A stretch of DNA of 64,000 bases from an uncultured virus (IMG/VR IMGVR_UViG_3300023109_000019) (IMGVR_UViG_3300023109_000019), one strand, 5' to 3'. Shown: positions 49,974 to 59,578, counted from the stretch's first letter. Made by a program: numbers and translations. The notes: generated by a model from the letters alone, not told the origin.

Positions 49974-51698
49974 TTACACGCCTCCTATATCAGAGTTAGT
50001 TGCAGAATCATCAAGTGGTGCAAGAACGCCTGATGCATGACCCATTGCGAAATAACCTTTAGGAATAATAGAAGTTGACTTCCCAGGAGGTTCAGGCATT
50101 TTAGATAATGTCATACCCCATGCTCCAAGATCAATTGGAACAAAGTCGGCAACAATAGCAAGGAATGCAGATGCAGGATTTAATACCTTAGCGAGAAACT
50201 CTGGGCTATTACCTGTAGGATACGCCCAACCTGAAGTAATCCCAGGTAACGGTGCAACTACTGGTGCAGATTGTGCAGGAGGTAATAATGCAGGTACACT
50301 TGGTATTGATACACTTACAACTGGTGGACGATAAGCTCCGTTATATGCAGCACCTGTTGCCGTCATAAGTGGTGCACCCAAAGTAGTAAAGTCACCAGAT
50401 GTTGCTGCTACCGTCGTTGCGATAACTGATGGTGAATTCACAACACTGCTTGAAGTAATAATACCGGAGTTAATAGCAGTTGTATTAAACACTCCTGTAT
50501 GAGAAGTTGATACTGAAGCAATATTCATTAACGGTGTTGTTAAACTCCATCCTGGTGTAGGAACAGAAGTCCCTGTAAGCAGTGTTGGTGGGATTAACCC
50601 AGAAGCCGTATTGATTATATTTGATCCAAATAAATGTATGTCTCCAGGAGTAGATAACTTTATAGCCTTGGTTGAGAATACATCGTAGGTGTTAAGGGCA
50701 GTATTTTTAATATTCTTGGCAACGAAGTTTAATTGATTAACAGATTCAAACTGTATTTCCTTTTTACCAAATACAGTCATAATACCTGCATTGGCTTCTA
50801 ACTTAACATCACCACCACGAAGCTGAACTTGTTCACCACCGTTTAGATTCATTTGTCCACCAACACCAAACTCGGCATTGCCATGAACAAGCATTCGATA
50901 GTCACCTTCTATTTCTTCGGTCTTATCACCTTTTACATAAACATGCGCATTACCATTAATCGTAACAACACTATGACCTGACGATTCATGTTTCGTTCCG
51001 ATATTAACTTCATAACGATCTGCTTCAGCTCTTTCAGTAACAGATCCTTTTGCATCTATTTGAATATAAGAACCACTATTGTGATGAATCATAATTCTCT
51101 CTGCCCCTGGAGAATCATCAATCTCAATACTATGTCTTCCTGTTTTAATTACTTTATTGAATGGATATTTGGCAGCATATGCTGGTGATGGCTCTGACCA
51201 TGTTTCATCTGTATTCGCAATCTTTTGATCGTGTACTCTATTTGCTGCCATTGCTAACAAATAAGTTTCTAATAATCTTTCACCTGTTGCTAATTTATCA
51301 GGACCGCCACCTGTGTTAAATTGTCGAGGTGCAAAATCACCACCTAATAGATCACCATCCTTTTCTGCTATCACTCCATAACCATCTTTTATGGGATCCA
51401 TCTCTTCGTTATATTTACCTGGGATTAATCCAAGTATTAATGGATGCTGTGCCATTCTTCCATCGAGGAACATTCCATAAACAAAAGCATTTAAAGGTGG
51501 GGGTGGATTGTTTGGATCGTAACTACCTGAAGCACAAATTGCCCAAGGCAAATCTTTTGTAGAAATATCAGAGTGTGTACCATGAATACCAAACGCACGA
51601 ACTTGTATCTTTCCTTCAAAAGATTTATCTACGTTATTTTCCACAACTCCTATAAAGAAATGTGGTTGTCCTATTCCTGAACCATCTGCTGTGTTCAT
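49974..51698 (-). CDS. gp5: Baseplate hub/spike gp5-like (OB-fold plus beta-helix, no lysozyme domain)
   Basis: FIGVVE...G..QVRAFGIH...LPWA, FLDG..AQ.P..LG, YP.NKV...GH..EIDD.PGAERI...H.SG; start placed at the ATGA overlap (51698) rather than 51713. Confidence 0.85.
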   Translation of the reverse strand: MNTADGSGIGQPHFFIGVVENNVDKSFEGKIQVRAFGIHGTHSDISTKDLPWAICASGSYDPNNPPPPLNAFVYGMFLDGRMAQHPLILGLIPGKYNEEMDPIKDGYGVIAEKDGDLLGGDFAPRQFNTGGGPDKLATGERLLETYLLAMAANRVHDQKIANTDETWSEPSPAYAAKYPFNKVIKTGRHSIEIDDSPGAERIMIHHNSGSYIQIDAKGSVTERAEADRYEVNIGTKHESSGHSVVTINGNAHVYVKGDKTEEIEGDYRMLVHGNAEFGVGGQMNLNGGEQVQLRGGDVKLEANAGIMTVFGKKEIQFESVNQLNFVAKNIKNTALNTYDVFSTKAIKLSTPGDIHLFGSNIINTASGLIPPTLLTGTSVPTPGWSLTTPLMNIASVSTSHTGVFNTTAINSGIITSSSVVNSPSVIATTVAATSGDFTTLGAPLMTATGAAYNGAYRPPVVSVSIPSVPALLPPAQSAPVVAPLPGITSGWAYPTGNSPEFLAKVLNPASAFLAIVADFVPIDLGAWGMTLSKMPEPPGKSTSIIPKGYFAMGHASGVLAPLDDSATNSDIGGV

Positions 51699-52999
51699 CT
51701 GCCTGTTTCCCAATCAAATTTAATCATTGCCAATTCTGTTTCTAAATTAGTACCGTCTATATTATGTGAAGTTGCATATATTAAATAGTAACCGCTTAAT
51801 CTTTTATTCTGTTCGCCTTCTAAAGTAGCATTAGGTTCTAATACTGTTAAATCAACTACCTCACCTGGCTTTAAATCTAACCTACCGCGAATCACAGCAT
51901 TACACATGTTTTCATTTAAATGATAATGATAAGCTCTTCTGTTTTGAATAATCTCAGTCATATGTTGTTCACCGCGAGGTATTTGCCCAGGTTTCTGTTC
52001 GAAGCCTGCAGCTGACCAATCTCTATACACAACACTTTGCGGTGCATTAGATTCAGTGAACGTATCTTTAATAAAACTTTCAGTATGTTTTAAACCTACA
52101 ACACCACCGACTTTACCTTGCATTCCTTTATACTTACTTTTCTTTTTAACATAGTCGTAATGGAAATCTCTTTTCTTTTTTGTTGTGAAATCAATTTCCA
52201 TCACTGAATTTTTATACGCACCGTTTGTTAAATCTTTTAATGTATTAACATGATTGGAAGTAGTGAACTCAGATAATGTTTCTATAATAACAGGACCTGC
52301 TAATGGATTACGATCAACGATAGGAGAATACTTTAATGATTTTCTTTCGGCATTATTTGCTTCTGCTAATAACCATTCATCAGTTACCCAGTTATAACCA
52401 TCAACTGTTTCAAAGAAACGAAACGTAGATGATTTAGATTTATTCGTAAACGCCTTGGCACAAAGAAATTTCATTGCTTGTATTGGATTATAGTCAGGAA
52501 TAATAACTCTCATTTCTCCATCAGAGTCTTCTACATTAAACGTTCTATTCTTTCCAAGGTTTTTCTTAAAGTATGTTTTAAATAATTGCTTTGCACAATA
52601 AGAAGCGGACTTGGAACGGAAAGCAGTAATAACATTCTTTGTCATTGCTTGCCAAGAAGACCTTGTTACAAAGTGTAATGTATAAGCGTACTGATCGCCT
52701 GATTCTTTTTGTATTGAAACATTACTTATTTCTATTATCTGTAAATCTAAATTAAGTTCAGTTTGTAGGTCGTGTGATTTAAGTCTAAGTTTTAAATTTT
52801 CTTCTGCTCTAATAGGCAATGTTGTTAATAAACCAACACCATCTAAAACATCAATAGAACCGGTAATTGTTCCGTTGGCCATTGACTGCTGTAAATCAAA
52901 CCTACCAATAAGACCAGTAATAATTTCAGACTCTCTATCGGCAGTAATAATCTCTGCAGATTCAATCGTACAATATCCTGGGTTAAAAGTCTCTTCCAT
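51695..52999 (-). CDS. Baseplate hub protein (gp27/late-control-D-like)
   Basis: Directly upstream of gp5; IIP.YNP..A..FL, FRFFE..DG.N, L..G..V.L and LSG.YLI....H motifs. Confidence 0.7.
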   Translation of the reverse strand: MEETFNPGYCTIESAEIITADRESEIITGLIGRFDLQQSMANGTITGSIDVLDGVGLLTTLPIRAEENLKLRLKSHDLQTELNLDLQIIEISNVSIQKESGDQYAYTLHFVTRSSWQAMTKNVITAFRSKSASYCAKQLFKTYFKKNLGKNRTFNVEDSDGEMRVIIPDYNPIQAMKFLCAKAFTNKSKSSTFRFFETVDGYNWVTDEWLLAEANNAERKSLKYSPIVDRNPLAGPVIIETLSEFTTSNHVNTLKDLTNGAYKNSVMEIDFTTKKKRDFHYDYVKKKSKYKGMQGKVGGVVGLKHTESFIKDTFTESNAPQSVVYRDWSAAGFEQKPGQIPRGEQHMTEIIQNRRAYHYHLNENMCNAVIRGRLDLKPGEVVDLTVLEPNATLEGEQNKRLSGYYLIYATSHNIDGTNLETELAMIKFDWETGR

Positions 53000-53253
53000 T
53001 ATTCGCTTACGCTATCTCGTAATTCTCGAGTTATTTGTCCCAAGTAGACATCGTCGAATAAAAAGATTTCTTTTTTATTGTCATTAAGTTGTGTTTCATA
53101 TTCGAAGATACGATAAGGAATCCAATCGTCAGGAATGATTCTTTTCACAATAATCTTTTGTCCACGTTCAGTACGCAGAATGACACGGTCCTCTCTACGA
53201 AGATAAATTGTTCGGAATGATTCCGGTGCTAAAATAATATCATTTACTGCCAT
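52999..53253 (-). CDS. gp53 C-terminal-like protein (84 aa)
   Basis: FEYETQLNDNKKEIFL....YL.QI..EL resembles the gp53 C-terminus; has its own AGGGA SD. Confidence 0.6.
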   Translation of the reverse strand: MAVNDIILAPESFRTIYLRREDRVILRTERGQKIIVKRIIPDDWIPYRIFEYETQLNDNKKEIFLFDDVYLGQITRELRDSVSE

Positions 53254-53262
53254 GTGCTATCC

Positions 53263-53643
53263 CTAAACCTTTTTGATATAATATAATATGTTTTCATCAA
53301 TACTTTCATTCTTAGTCCAATCAATAACATCTTCACCAATTTTACCAGACTCTGCGGTATATTTATCTACCAAGTAATCATTAAATGTTTGAGCATCCAT
53401 TGGCCATTCATAATAAGGATCTATGATATTGTTTGCCATATACACTAACCAAATATAATCAACTGAACCGTAATAATCTAAAGCAACATCTTCTGCTCGT
53501 TCGCCATCTTTAACGGTATATGAATAATATAAGTATGGGTTATTAGAAACGGCCCTCATAAAAGAAGCACGCCGAGAAATGTCTCTTACCTTTCTTCCTT
53601 CATATCTGATTACTGGGAAGTCTTGAAAATACTTATAAGACAC
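53263..53643 (-). CDS. gp53: Baseplate wedge gp53 (LysM-like N-terminal part)
   Basis: YF..FP...Y; YTVKDGER.E.VA..YYG....W.V..AN.I.DP..EWP. Confidence 0.85.
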   Translation of the reverse strand: MSYKYFQDFPVIRYEGRKVRDISRRASFMRAVSNNPYLYYSYTVKDGERAEDVALDYYGSVDYIWLVYMANNIIDPYYEWPMDAQTFNDYLVDKYTAESGKIGEDVIDWTKNESIDENILYYIKKV

Positions 53644-53644
53644 T

Positions 53645-54706
53645 TTATCCTCCTGCGTTATTTGCTGATGGGGTTGGGGTTACTGTATTGTTTGCGGTTG
53701 CTTCTACCACCTTCGGTATTTGAACATCTAATGCAGGAAGCCCAGCCATACCATAATCTTCTGCGGTTTGTATCTCGAGTTCCATAAACGTCATTGAAAT
53801 ATTAATACCCATAGGTACACCACCTTGAGCAATTGTTGGTGAACTTCCGTTGTCTGCATAGTTAATATCTATACCTTTACACATACAAGCTTTAAATCTC
53901 GGATAGTGCGATTCGTCAACTCCTAAAAGATTAATCATTACAACTGAAGGATACTTTAAATACGCTCTTGCTAATCCACCACTAGTTACATCACGCAATC
54001 CTTCAGCGCCTTCTCCTGACGGTGCGAGAGGTTGTACTTGTGGTAATATTTTGCTTTTAACTTTATTTACAATATTTTTAATATCATCAGCTTCTTGTTT
54101 GTTGGCTGGATATACTGACCATGAGAAAGAAAAGTTTCTTAAATCAACTCCGCTGAAATGTAAAGTAGTAAGTGGATTTTGTACTGAACCTAAAGCTGCA
54201 CCAATTGATTTTTCTCCAAGTCCTAATCCACCAAGAACACTTGTTCCTAATGTACCAATTAATCTTTTAAACATTCCACTTGATTCACCATCCATGGCAT
54301 CGCCGCTCAGGAGTCCTTGAGTTCCACTAGCAATTGCGTTGCCTAGTTTCTTTGCTGCAGCAACAGGGTCGTCTGCCGCGGCCACTGCTTGTCCTGTAAG
54401 GAACTCTTCAATGAATCCACGTTCAAAAGAATTGATCTGAACTCCTGTGGAATCTGTTAGTGTATTTGGAAACGGTAATTCTAATGTAAAGGTACCATTT
54501 TCTTTAGCTCTTCTTTGTGCCGCGGTTCCCCATTTCGTTCCACCCCCACCTGTTAAGTTACCAACGGGTGGTTTAGAAATAAACTCGGAATAATTATAGT
54601 CTTTGAATATAAACTGGATTCCGTGTGGGAACTGTCCACTTGGCCATTGAAGTCGGTCTATACCGCCTCTATCTCCCATTCTAGTTTTAAAGTCAGGTCT
54701 TGCCAT
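53645..54706 (-). CDS. gp48: Baseplate tail-tube cap gp48-like
   Basis: L.LP.P..L.D, NP....F.G..LR.FSFSW...P....EA, YP motifs. Confidence 0.75.
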   Translation of the reverse strand: MARPDFKTRMGDRGGIDRLQWPSGQFPHGIQFIFKDYNYSEFISKPPVGNLTGGGGTKWGTAAQRRAKENGTFTLELPFPNTLTDSTGVQINSFERGFIEEFLTGQAVAAADDPVAAAKKLGNAIASGTQGLLSGDAMDGESSGMFKRLIGTLGTSVLGGLGLGEKSIGAALGSVQNPLTTLHFSGVDLRNFSFSWSVYPANKQEADDIKNIVNKVKSKILPQVQPLAPSGEGAEGLRDVTSGGLARAYLKYPSVVMINLLGVDESHYPRFKACMCKGIDINYADNGSSPTIAQGGVPMGINISMTFMELEIQTAEDYGMAGLPALDVQIPKVVEATANNTVTPTPSANNAGG

Positions 54707-54737
54707 GAATTTTCCTCAATTCGTTCCGACGAATCGT

Positions 54738-54745
54738 AATAAATA
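54738..54745 (+). promoter_or_regulatory. Late promoter variant AATAAATA for the gp4 block
   Basis: 46 nt upstream of the gp4 ATG. Confidence 0.55.
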
Positions 54746-54763
54746 TGTATATAGTTAATTTAT

Positions 54764-54771
54764 TATTTATA
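54764..54771 (-). promoter_or_regulatory. Late promoter TATAAATA for the baseplate block
   Basis: Exact consensus in the divergent intergenic region. Confidence 0.75.
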
Positions 54772-54791
54772 ACAGTAATCGGAAGTATATC

Positions 54792-55253
54792 ATGGCATAT
54801 AAGGGTAGATTTAGACCAAAAGATCCCAATAAGTATAAAGGTGACCCTACAAAAATTATTTATAGGTCTTTGTGGGAGTTTAAAGTATTTAAATGGATGG
54901 ATTCTCACCCAGATGTAATATGGTGGCAATCAGAAGAAGTAATTGTTCCATATAGGTCTCCGATAGACGGTAGAGTACATAGATACTTTCCTGATGTAAT
55001 AGTACACAAGAGAGATAACTTAGGTAATCCTCAAACTATTATGATTGAAATCAAACCAAGCGCTCAATGTAGACCGCCTGATATAAAGAATAAGAATAAA
55101 ACAAAGACAGGCAGAGTTTCAAGAAGGTATTTAAATGAAGTTAAAACATGGGGAGTTAACGAAGCAAAATGGAAAGCAGCAAAGAACTTTTGCGCTGACC
55201 GAGGATGGCATTTTACAATTATGACAGAACATCATATTCCAGGAGCACGATAA
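54792..55253 (+). CDS. gp4: Head completion nuclease gp4
   Basis: AYKG.F.P..P.KY.GDP..I.YRS.WE; HRYFPD; IEIKP; N.AKW.AA. Confidence 0.92.
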   Translation: MAYKGRFRPKDPNKYKGDPTKIIYRSLWEFKVFKWMDSHPDVIWWQSEEVIVPYRSPIDGRVHRYFPDVIVHKRDNLGNPQTIMIEIKPSAQCRPPDIKNKNKTKTGRVSRRYLNEVKTWGVNEAKWKAAKNFCADRGWHFTIMTEHHIPGAR

Positions 55254-55868
55254 GTGGCAACTTTATTTTCAGATATATTAGCAAAGGGTATACGACAAGG
55301 GCAAATGCCTGCTCGTTCTCAGGCTGCACGAGAATGGTATCGTAACCAAGCTACACTTAAAGCAGGTAAAGAAATAACTGCTGAAGCTATATTAAGTACC
55401 AAAGATAAAGGAAGAGCAAAAGGAGAGTTACGTGGTGATCAAGTATATGGTTCAATGTACTTTTTTGAATACGATCCTAAACATAAAGCAACATTACCAT
55501 ATTACGACAGGTTCCCACTCATATTTCCCATAAATAAGGTAAAGGGTGGTATACTTGGAATGAATATGCATTACTTGCCACCGAAGATGAGAGCACAGTT
55601 AATGGATGCATTATATACAGTAGCTTCAGATAAGTCGTACGATGAGAATACCGTATTAAATATAAACTATAAATTGTTACAGAGTGCTTCAAATTTTCGG
55701 TTCTTTAAGCCTACAGTTAAAATGTATTTGGCTAAACAAGTTAGGTCAAAGTTTATAAAGATTGCCGCGTCCGAATGGGACACTGCATTATTTTTACCAG
55801 TACAATCATTTCAGAAACAAAGTCAGGGTACTGTGTGGGCGGATTCAAGAAGGATTGCTAGGAGTTAA
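55254..55868 (+). CDS. gp2: DNA end protector gp2
   Basis: YDPKHK.TLPYYD.FPL...G.N.HYL; W..A.FLP...F; GTG start with AGGAG SD. Confidence 0.9.
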   Translation: MATLFSDILAKGIRQGQMPARSQAAREWYRNQATLKAGKEITAEAILSTKDKGRAKGELRGDQVYGSMYFFEYDPKHKATLPYYDRFPLIFPINKVKGGILGMNMHYLPPKMRAQLMDALYTVASDKSYDENTVLNINYKLLQSASNFRFFKPTVKMYLAKQVRSKFIKIAASEWDTALFLPVQSFQKQSQGTVWADSRRIARS

Positions 55869-55870
55869 GA

Positions 55871-56671
55871 ATGGCATTTAATATTAGTAGATTTAAGTCA
55901 ACGTTTGAAGGTCTTGGTGGCCCGGCCAAGGCGAATCTTTTTGAAGTCATGATGACTAATCCTAAATGGATGAATACCGCAACGGAAGCAGATAAAGGTA
56001 AATTTGACGCAAGAACGTTTACGATGTTTTGTAGTGCAATTACTTTTCCTGGTGTTGCTATTAATACAACAAACTACGATTACGTTGGTCAGCTATCAAA
56101 AATTATTCCGAGCGCAATTACTACACCTGGTCCAATTACAGCAACATTCATTTGCGATTCAGATCATCATACATTAAGATTCTTTCATTATTGGATTCGG
56201 CACGTTTTAAATTATAGTTCTGCAGGTGGTATTCATAGTGAATGGAAAGAAAAGCTTCCACACGAAGTTGGATTTAGAGATGATTATGTTTGTGATTTAG
56301 AAATCAAACATTTTTCTACAGACAGTAACCCAAGGTCTTATTACTCTGCGGTATTACAAAAAGCATATCCAATTAATGTGGGTGGAGTTGAAATGGCTTG
56401 GGATGGAACAGATACGTTCTTAACAATACAAGTACAATTTGCGTTTGACGATTACGAATACTCTGCAGATAAAGCAGGACATACAGGATCACGTTCAACA
56501 AGAGGCGCAGGTTTACTTGATCTTCTTGGAGATGTAGCAGGGTTTGCTGATACTGTAAGAGGAACATTAAAATCAGGCAAACCAAGAAACATTCAAGACG
56601 CAGTTAACAAATTACAAAGAATAGGAAATTCGTTAGATAACATAACTGACAATCTTCCAACTAAAGGATAA
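55871..56671 (+). CDS. Tail tube-fold protein (gp19/gp54-like tube initiator)
   Basis: G.A..NLF.V, C....FPG, F..W, DY..D..I, L..AYP..V..V...W motifs. Confidence 0.75.
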   Translation: MAFNISRFKSTFEGLGGPAKANLFEVMMTNPKWMNTATEADKGKFDARTFTMFCSAITFPGVAINTTNYDYVGQLSKIIPSAITTPGPITATFICDSDHHTLRFFHYWIRHVLNYSSAGGIHSEWKEKLPHEVGFRDDYVCDLEIKHFSTDSNPRSYYSAVLQKAYPINVGGVEMAWDGTDTFLTIQVQFAFDDYEYSADKAGHTGSRSTRGAGLLDLLGDVAGFADTVRGTLKSGKPRNIQDAVNKLQRIGNSLDNITDNLPTKG

Positions 56672-56688
56672 CAAATAGGAAATATATT

Positions 56689-57390
56689 ATGGCATTACCA
56701 AAAATTGATTTACCGTTAAACAAAATAACTTTACCCAGCGATGATAGTGAAGTTTTATATAGACCGTTTACAGTAAAAGAAGAAAAGATATTATTAGTAG
56801 CAGCGGAATCAAAAGATCCGATGGTAGAAATGGTGGCAATCAAACAAGTAGTAAATAACTGTTTAATTGATAAACCAATTGAAGAAATATCAATGTTAGA
56901 TTTAGAATACATATTTTTAAAGCTAAGAGCAAGCGCAGTAAATAATACAGCTGCATTTACAATAACAGATCCTGATACTAATGAATCAATACCTCTTGAG
57001 ATGGATCTCGAAAACATGGAAATATTAAGAGATCCGAATCATAGTAAAGAAGTTAGAATTAATGATGATTTAGTTTTATTTTTAAAGTATCCAAACATTG
57101 ATGATTTTACAAAGATAATTGATATGGAAGCAACCGATCCGTTAGTTAATTATGTTATTATGGTTTCTTGTTTAGATACATTGGCAACAGAAGATGAAGT
57201 ACATAACTTTGCTGATTATACTCCAGAAGATATTGCTGATTTTATGGATAACTTGACTGGTGATATAATTAAGAAGATATCCAACTTCTTTGATACAATG
57301 CCAAAGCTTAGACAAGAACTTAAATATACAAATAGTAATGAAGATGAAAAAGTATTTGTAATTGAGGGGATGCGTAGTTTTTTTATATAG
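56689..57390 (+). CDS. gp26: Baseplate hub assembly protein gp26
   Basis: MALPK...LPS....YRPF.VKEEKILL.A.ES; DLEYIFL.LRA; FF.TMPKL; ends EGMRSFFI. Confidence 0.88.
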   Translation: MALPKIDLPLNKITLPSDDSEVLYRPFTVKEEKILLVAAESKDPMVEMVAIKQVVNNCLIDKPIEEISMLDLEYIFLKLRASAVNNTAAFTITDPDTNESIPLEMDLENMEILRDPNHSKEVRINDDLVLFLKYPNIDDFTKIIDMEATDPLVNYVIMVSCLDTLATEDEVHNFADYTPEDIADFMDNLTGDIIKKISNFFDTMPKLRQELKYTNSNEDEKVFVIEGMRSFFI

Positions 57391-57414
57391 GCCTTAGCCA
57401 TATGAGTCTAGGGC
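57364..57414 (+). promoter_or_regulatory. Candidate -1 programmed ribosomal frameshift cassette (gp26 to gp51)
   Basis: GAGGGG (57364-69), T TTT TTT (57378-84), 6-nt spacer, hairpin GCCTTAG/CTAGGGC (57391-57414); the -1 frame is open into the gp51-like ORF. Confidence 0.7.
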
Positions 57415-57569
57415 ATTATTATCAATCTATTTTTGGTTTGGCACAACATCATAAGTGGAGTGTTAGTGATATTGAAGGTCTAATGCCGTATGAAAGAGAT
57501 TTATATTTTTCAATGTTATTAGAGTTCATGGAAAGACAAAAAGAAGCGCGTGAGAACGCTAAAAGGTAA
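57402..57569 (+). CDS. gp51: gp51-like baseplate hub assembly protein (55 aa; below the ORF-track cutoff; may be expressed mainly as a frameshift extension of gp26)
   Basis: MSLGHYYQSIFGLAQHHKWSVSDIEGLMPYERDLYFSMLLEFMERQKEARENAKR. Confidence 0.8.
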   Translation: MSLGHYYQSIFGLAQHHKWSVSDIEGLMPYERDLYFSMLLEFMERQKEARENAKR

Positions 57570-57577
57570 TAAATTAA

Positions 57578-59506
57578 ATGGCAGAAATAAGTAGAGATAC
57601 ACAAGCAATTTTAGATCGTCTCAAACGAGAGGGATCCCTTACGCGTAATGGCGGTGACGGAAAGAACTCTTTAAAGACGGTTAAAATAAACCTCGAGAAA
57701 TTTGGTGTACTCTTTCAAGGTATACAAAACGAGCTTGCTAATTTAAATAAAACGTTTGGCCAAATGCTAAACGCAAATCCTAATACGTTCACTGGGCCAT
57801 TACCTCAAGGCGCACAAGCAGTAGCCCAAACAACATTAGAACCAATTCCAGTTCAATTTGATGCAGAACAATTACGAGCATTAGGTCTTGACGAAGAAAC
57901 GATTGAGTTACAAAAGGAAGCTGCTAAATTAAACATAGCAAATAATTTAGAAGATGAAAAGTTAAGACAAGTAACTGAGGCAAAAAGAAAAGAAGAAGAG
58001 GAAGATAAAAAGAAAAAAGAGCGAGCCGCTGAAGCAAAAAATTACCTTAAAGAAAATACTATTACAGGGCAGGTACTTACAAATCCATTAAGCTTCTTTA
58101 CTAAACTATTAAAAGGTGCTGCAATTGCGTTTGTTGGATTTAACGTCGTTAGAGGTATAGTAGATCAATGGACAGACGGTAAATTTACTAAGTTTATCGA
58201 AGAAATAGATTATGAAGCAATCGGAGATGGTATAAAATCATTTTCCAGCTTCCTTGGAGATACTCCATGGGCTACATTTACCAAAGCGCTGATTGCATGG
58301 ACGGCAATTGATTTTGGTATACCGCTTGCTCTTAATGTAACTGGTGAAGCCATACGAACAAGCATGTTGGCCAAGATGCTAAATAAAGGCGTAATGACTG
58401 GAGTTGAGGGTTCTAAAGGATTCTTGTCTACTGTTACTAGCTTAAGAGGAGTAGCCCTCACCGCGGTTGGTATCGGTGTTGCTATGATTGGCAGTAAGAT
58501 TGCTGATGCTATAAGAGCAGAAGTTTCAGGCATGACACCAGATCAAATTGCCAATGAAAAGTTAACCTTAGACGCAGGCGATGCTGTTGATGTAGGCTCT
58601 ATGGCCTTGGCCGGTGCGACAATAGGCTTTATGTTTGGTCCTAAAGGCGCGATGGTTGGAGCAATATTAGGATTTGCGTTTGGTGTAGGTAAAAAGGCAT
58701 ATGACTATATTAAGGCCTCTTCAGAAGAAAAGATTAGCTTTGATGAAATGGGCGAAGACTTGGCAAGGACTAATGCAAAAACTGCGCAAATAATGTTACA
58801 AGAACATGCAGATGGTACAAGAGAGTTAGATGCTGAACAAATAGAAGCTTTACAAGAACAAGCCAAAGGACCATCTCAAGAATTGTTAAACGCGACCAAT
58901 AATGAGATTGGAAATCAGCGTGCCAAGTTGAACAAACAGATAGATTTTATTAACATGGAAAAAGGCGATCAGGTGATAATGGGTTTTGATGCTAGCCCAG
59001 ACGGAGGGCTTGTTCCACGGTATGGCAAAAAGATTACTGACGCCAGTAAAATTGCTGAGCGGGAAGCCGATATCGCAGCTAGATTAAAAGAAAAACAAGA
59101 TGAGTTAGATCGTGTTAACTTGTTAGTAGCAGAAAGAATTGAAAAGGGTTTTGGCACTCAAGAACAAATGACCAAGCAAGTAACTAAAGGATTCGTCGAA
59201 GCGCTGAAGTTTGGAATATTTGGTACTAGTTCTGATATGCTTGAGTATAGAGAAGAACAAGCTGAAAATCAGCGCCTTTCTTTAATAGATTTTTTCACAA
59301 GATCAACCGAAGATGATTATTTAAACGACAAGCAAGTAACAGGAATGATGAAATTAGTTGAAGATGGAGCAATGACTAAAGGACAAATGATTACTATTAT
59401 TAAAAACGGAGATGTTAATCAGTATGTAGATGCTTCAGATAAATCAAGTACAGTTAACAAAAGAACTCTATTCACAGGCGGCGATACGGCGCTGATGCCT
59501 AATTAA
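57578..59506 (+). CDS. Probable tape measure protein (gp29-like, 642 aa)
   Basis: Follows gp26/gp51; coiled-coil plus Gly/Ala-rich hydrophobic segments (GATIGFMFGPKGAMVGAILG). Confidence 0.6.
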   Translation: MAEISRDTQAILDRLKREGSLTRNGGDGKNSLKTVKINLEKFGVLFQGIQNELANLNKTFGQMLNANPNTFTGPLPQGAQAVAQTTLEPIPVQFDAEQLRALGLDEETIELQKEAAKLNIANNLEDEKLRQVTEAKRKEEEEDKKKKERAAEAKNYLKENTITGQVLTNPLSFFTKLLKGAAIAFVGFNVVRGIVDQWTDGKFTKFIEEIDYEAIGDGIKSFSSFLGDTPWATFTKALIAWTAIDFGIPLALNVTGEAIRTSMLAKMLNKGVMTGVEGSKGFLSTVTSLRGVALTAVGIGVAMIGSKIADAIRAEVSGMTPDQIANEKLTLDAGDAVDVGSMALAGATIGFMFGPKGAMVGAILGFAFGVGKKAYDYIKASSEEKISFDEMGEDLARTNAKTAQIMLQEHADGTRELDAEQIEALQEQAKGPSQELLNATNNEIGNQRAKLNKQIDFINMEKGDQVIMGFDASPDGGLVPRYGKKITDASKIAEREADIAARLKEKQDELDRVNLLVAERIEKGFGTQEQMTKQVTKGFVEALKFGIFGTSSDMLEYREEQAENQRLSLIDFFTRSTEDDYLNDKQVTGMMKLVEDGAMTKGQMITIIKNGDVNQYVDASDKSSTVNKRTLFTGGDTALMPN

Positions 59507-59528
59507 AAAAGGGACCCCGAAGGATCCC
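59505..59528 (-). terminator. Intrinsic terminator with UUCG loop between convergent genes
   Basis: GGGATCC-TTCG-GGGTCCC-TTTTTT. Confidence 0.85.
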
Positions 59529-59578
59529 ATAAAACGGCCAGGAATGGATGTCACCAAACGTGGATTGTTTTTAATTGT

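Noticed and set aside
51699..51713. ORF-track start for gp5 at 51713
   Set aside because: The ATGA overlap at 51698 with the upstream stop is a more plausible coupled start
53254..53265. Genome-wide TAG recoding suggested by in-frame ambers in gp53
   Set aside because: Other genes (31297, 38773, 47990, 57390) end plausibly at TAG, long ORFs are intact under code 11, and no suppressor tRNA is seen
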